DNA of 64,000 nucleotides from an uncultured Oscillospiraceae bacterium (GTDB lineage Bacteria; Bacillota; Clostridia; Oscillospirales; Oscillospiraceae): NCBI GenBank assembly GCA_904419145.1, contig CAJFQQ010000007.1, positions 481 to 64,480 of the forward strand, read 5' to 3'. Shown piece by piece: positions 61,748 to 64,000 of this stretch (position 1 is its first letter; each line of letters starts with the position of its first letter). The notes under the pieces were generated by a model. It saw only the letters and a program-made list of their open reading frames with translations, ran no database searches and was not told where the DNA came from. The position numbers and the translations under genes were made by a program.

Positions 61748-64000
61748 TTATTGCATCATATACAGCAGTTTACATGCCTGGGCCCGGGTCATGGGGTCGT
61801 TGGGGGCGAGCTTCCCGTCACTGCCGGTGAGAATCCCCTGGGCCACCATGGTCTGGACATAGGACAGTGCCCAGCTGGGGACATCAGCGCTGTCGGAGAA
61901 GGCGGAGAGGTCGTCGGTGGGATATCCCTTCTCCTGGAGGCGGCCCAGCATGGTGATGGCCTGGGCCCGGGTGATGGTGGCGCTGGGAGAGAAGTAGACG
62001 CCGCCGGCCTCCTGGTTGCCCTGCATGATGCCCAGGCTGTACATGGCCTTCACAGCGGTTGCCGCCCAGTCGGGGATGGAGGCGTTGTCAGCAAAAGGCA
62101 GCTCCACATTGGCGTAGTCCGCCTCGCTGAGCCCCAGGTAGCGGAACATCATCACCGCAAACTCCATGCGGGTCATGTTCCGGTCCGGACGGACATAGCG
62201 CACGCCGTCCTCCTCCTCGCCGGTGAGGACACCCAGCTCATACAGACGGTCCAGGTAGGAGGCCGCCCAGTGGGGCGTGCCGTCGGCGTAGGTGTTGTCG
62301 GCAAAGGGGGAGGCCGCGCCGTCGGTGGCCGCCACTTCCCAGGTCTTCCGGGCGCGGTTGCCGCTGGCGTCCCAGGCGGTGAGGGCAATCAGATGGGACT
62401 TGCCGTCGGAGAGGACGCTGCTGAGGTCCGCGGAGATGGTGCCCTCAGACACCTGGAAGATCACCGCCTGGCCGTCACAGGTCAGTTCCACATGGTCTGC
62501 CCCAAGGCCCCCGTCCACGCCGTCGATGGCAGTGGCGGAGAGGGTGCTGCCGCTGAGTGTGCCGTCCACCACCGGGGATGTGTTATCCACAAGGCTGTCG
62601 TATGTGGAGACGAACTGGTCCAGATAGATGGTGCCGGCGGTGGTGCTGCCGGAGATGATCAGGGCCTCCAGGGTCTCACAGCCGCTTGGCAGGTCCACGG
62701 TGACTTGTTTCCAGCCGGTGAAGTCCAGGGTTGCCACCGGGGTGGTGTTCCCGTTGTTGTCATAGAGGAAAAGGGTGTTGCCGCTGCCGTCGCCGTAGAG
62801 GGAGAGGGTCAGCTGGTCATAGCCGTCTGTCACATCCAGGCCCAGCTGCACCCCGGCGCCGCTGGCATCGGAAAAGGCGTAGTCCACCCGCAGGGACGCT
62901 GCGCCGTAGAGGACCGTGGTGGTGTCATAGCTGGTAGTGACGCCGAACCCGGCATAGCTGCCGGCTGTGCTGTCCTCAAAGTCTTCCAGGGTCTCCAGCG
63001 GCAGGTTGGTTAGCGATACGGGGATCGTCACCTGAGCATCTCCCTTGCTGAGAACCAGGTTGCCGGAACCCGGAGTGCGGGATGCAGTGAACACGCCGTC
63101 CTCATCTACTGTCCCCACATTCCCCTCGACGCTCCAGGTGAAGTCTTGGTCCTGGGTAGCCAGGGTCATATGCTTATAGAGGGCCACAGCGGTGAGATCT
63201 ATTGATTCTCCGGGCTGGAGGGTCAGAGTGGTGAGTTTTTCGTTGTCATACTGGATCTGGAGCTCGTCAGGTGTTTCCACAACATTCAGCACCAGAGTGC
63301 CCCGGCGGCCGTCGGCGGAGCCGGTGATGGTGACCTCGCCGCCCTCCTCCGGCGCGGTGAATACATCACCGCGAATCGTGCCGTCAGAGGCATCCAAATC
63401 TACATCGCCGCTCATAGGAATATAGTTGGTATCTACGAGGTTGGCTTCGATTACCATGGAACTGCCGGCCATAATATGCTGGCTGGGCGCAGAGAGATAG
63501 ACGTGGTCGGGGTCCCGGGTGGGGGTATCGTCAGCCACCAGGAAGAGGAAAGAGGATACCCGGCGGCTGGAGCCGTCGGAGGGGACATTCAAAAGGCTGG
63601 GATCTGTGCTGTCCGGGGTGGTGGCTACAGCTGTAGTGGAACCGCCGCCGTCCAGACAGATGGCGGACACACAGCCCAGCTCCACCAGCCGCTGAGCCAG
63701 GGTGCCCAGAGAGCTGCCGATGGAGTGGCCGGCCTTGCGGCCGTCCACGGTATAGAAGATCACATCGCCGTCAGCCGTGATGCCCACAGCGGTACGGGGG
63801 GCATTGGTGGCCTCGAAGTTGCTCTGAGCCACGCCGTCGCGCACCAGCATGTAGAGGCCGCCCACAGCCTCTACCACGTCATTCCACTCTGTATTGGAGG
63901 CGGTGATGGTGAGGCCGAATATGTCCCCGGCCTCCATTCCCTGGAGATAGGACAGCTCCTCCTCTGCGGCGTTCAGGTTGGCGGAGAGCACCAACTGCCC
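61748..64000 (-). CDS. cell-wall-anchored protein: phosphodiester-glycosidase (NAGPA/DUF2233)-like N-terminal region, beta-rich middle, three C-terminal SLH domains (N-terminus off window)
   Basis: More than 750 aa. AICLDGGGSTT is typical of the phosphodiester glycosidase family. The C-terminal repeats (FADNTYADGTPHWAASYLDRLYELGVLTG, FADNASIPDWAATAVKAMYSLGIMQG, FSDSADVPSWALSYVQTMVAQGILTG) are SLH domains. Confidence 0.8.
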   Translation of the reverse strand, partial: GQLVLSANLNAAEEELSYLQGMEAGDIFGLTITASNTEWNDVVEAVGGLYMLVRDGVAQSNFEATNAPRTAVGITADGDVIFYTVDGRKAGHSIGSSLGTLAQRLVELGCVSAICLDGGGSTTAVATTPDSTDPSLLNVPSDGSSRRVSSFLFLVADDTPTRDPDHVYLSAPSQHIMAGSSMVIEANLVDTNYIPMSGDVDLDASDGTIRGDVFTAPEEGGEVTITGSADGRRGTLVLNVVETPDELQIQYDNEKLTTLTLQPGESIDLTAVALYKHMTLATQDQDFTWSVEGNVGTVDEDGVFTASRTPGSGNLVLSKGDAQVTIPVSLTNLPLETLEDFEDSTAGSYAGFGVTTSYDTTTVLYGAASLRVDYAFSDASGAGVQLGLDVTDGYDQLTLSLYGDGSGNTLFLYDNNGNTTPVATLDFTGWKQVTVDLPSGCETLEALIISGSTTAGTIYLDQFVSTYDSLVDNTSPVVDGTLSGSTLSATAIDGVDGGLGADHVELTCDGQAVIFQVSEGTISADLSSVLSDGKSHLIALTAWDASGNRARKTWEVAATDGAASPFADNTYADGTPHWAASYLDRLYELGVLTGEEEDGVRYVRPDRNMTRMEFAVMMFRYLGLSEADYANVELPFADNASIPDWAATAVKAMYSLGIMQGNQEAGGVYFSPSATITRAQAITMLGRLQEKGYPTDDLSAFSDSADVPSWALSYVQTMVAQGILTGSDGKLAPNDPMTRAQACKLLYMMQ

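Noticed and set aside
1-64000. Searched by eye for CRISPR arrays, tRNA/rRNA genes, transposases, integrases, phage structural genes and long inverted or direct terminal repeats.
   Set aside because: I found none. The only repeats are short operator-like motifs and the intragenic TExLEP repeats. This is a visual scan only. tRNAscan, Infernal and ISfinder-type searches were not possible.

Overview
This is a densely packed bacterial chromosomal window with about 58 credible CDS. I recognised no rRNA, tRNA, CRISPR array, transposase or integrase. It is GC-rich (roughly 60% by eye). spoIID, an SLH-anchored wall protein and WXG100/EssC genes suggest a Clostridia-like, spore-forming Firmicute.

- **Left end (1-8.1 kb):** a split transketolase plus dehydrogenases flanking a GntR/FadR regulator, then a PatB/MalY lyase, a PepSY lipoprotein and a PIN-PhoH ATPase.
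- **8.3-25.2 kb:** a LysR-centred island. It combines a cytoplasmic molybdopterin oxidoreductase/FeS/FAD-reductase operon (with a C-S lyase, an M24 peptidase and mobA) with an Opp/Dpp-type peptide ABC importer and an M20 dipeptidase.
- **26.7-31.7 kb:** a Moco biosynthesis operon (moeA, moeA-like, moaA, mobB, moaB-moaE-like fusion) behind a candidate Moco riboswitch and attenuator.
- **33.1-56.1 kb (all + strand), the stand-out region:** a non-canonical type VII (T7SSb-like) secretion locus.
  - It has EssC, a YukD-like protein, five WXG100-type proteins, DUF4176 proteins and a putative effector/immunity module.
  - I found no recognisable EssA, EssB or EsaA.
  - It is embedded in a Ser/Thr-kinase / PP2C / FHA / vWA signalling set.
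  - It is preceded by a kinase-led operon of zinc-ribbon, vWA and RCC1 envelope proteins.
- **Right end:** an MBL hydrolase, spoIID, a DUF362 Fe-S protein, queT with a structured leader, an AT-rich XRE gene and a partial SLH-domain glycosidase-like wall protein.

All family assignments come from motif recognition by eye on the supplied translations. No database search was run.
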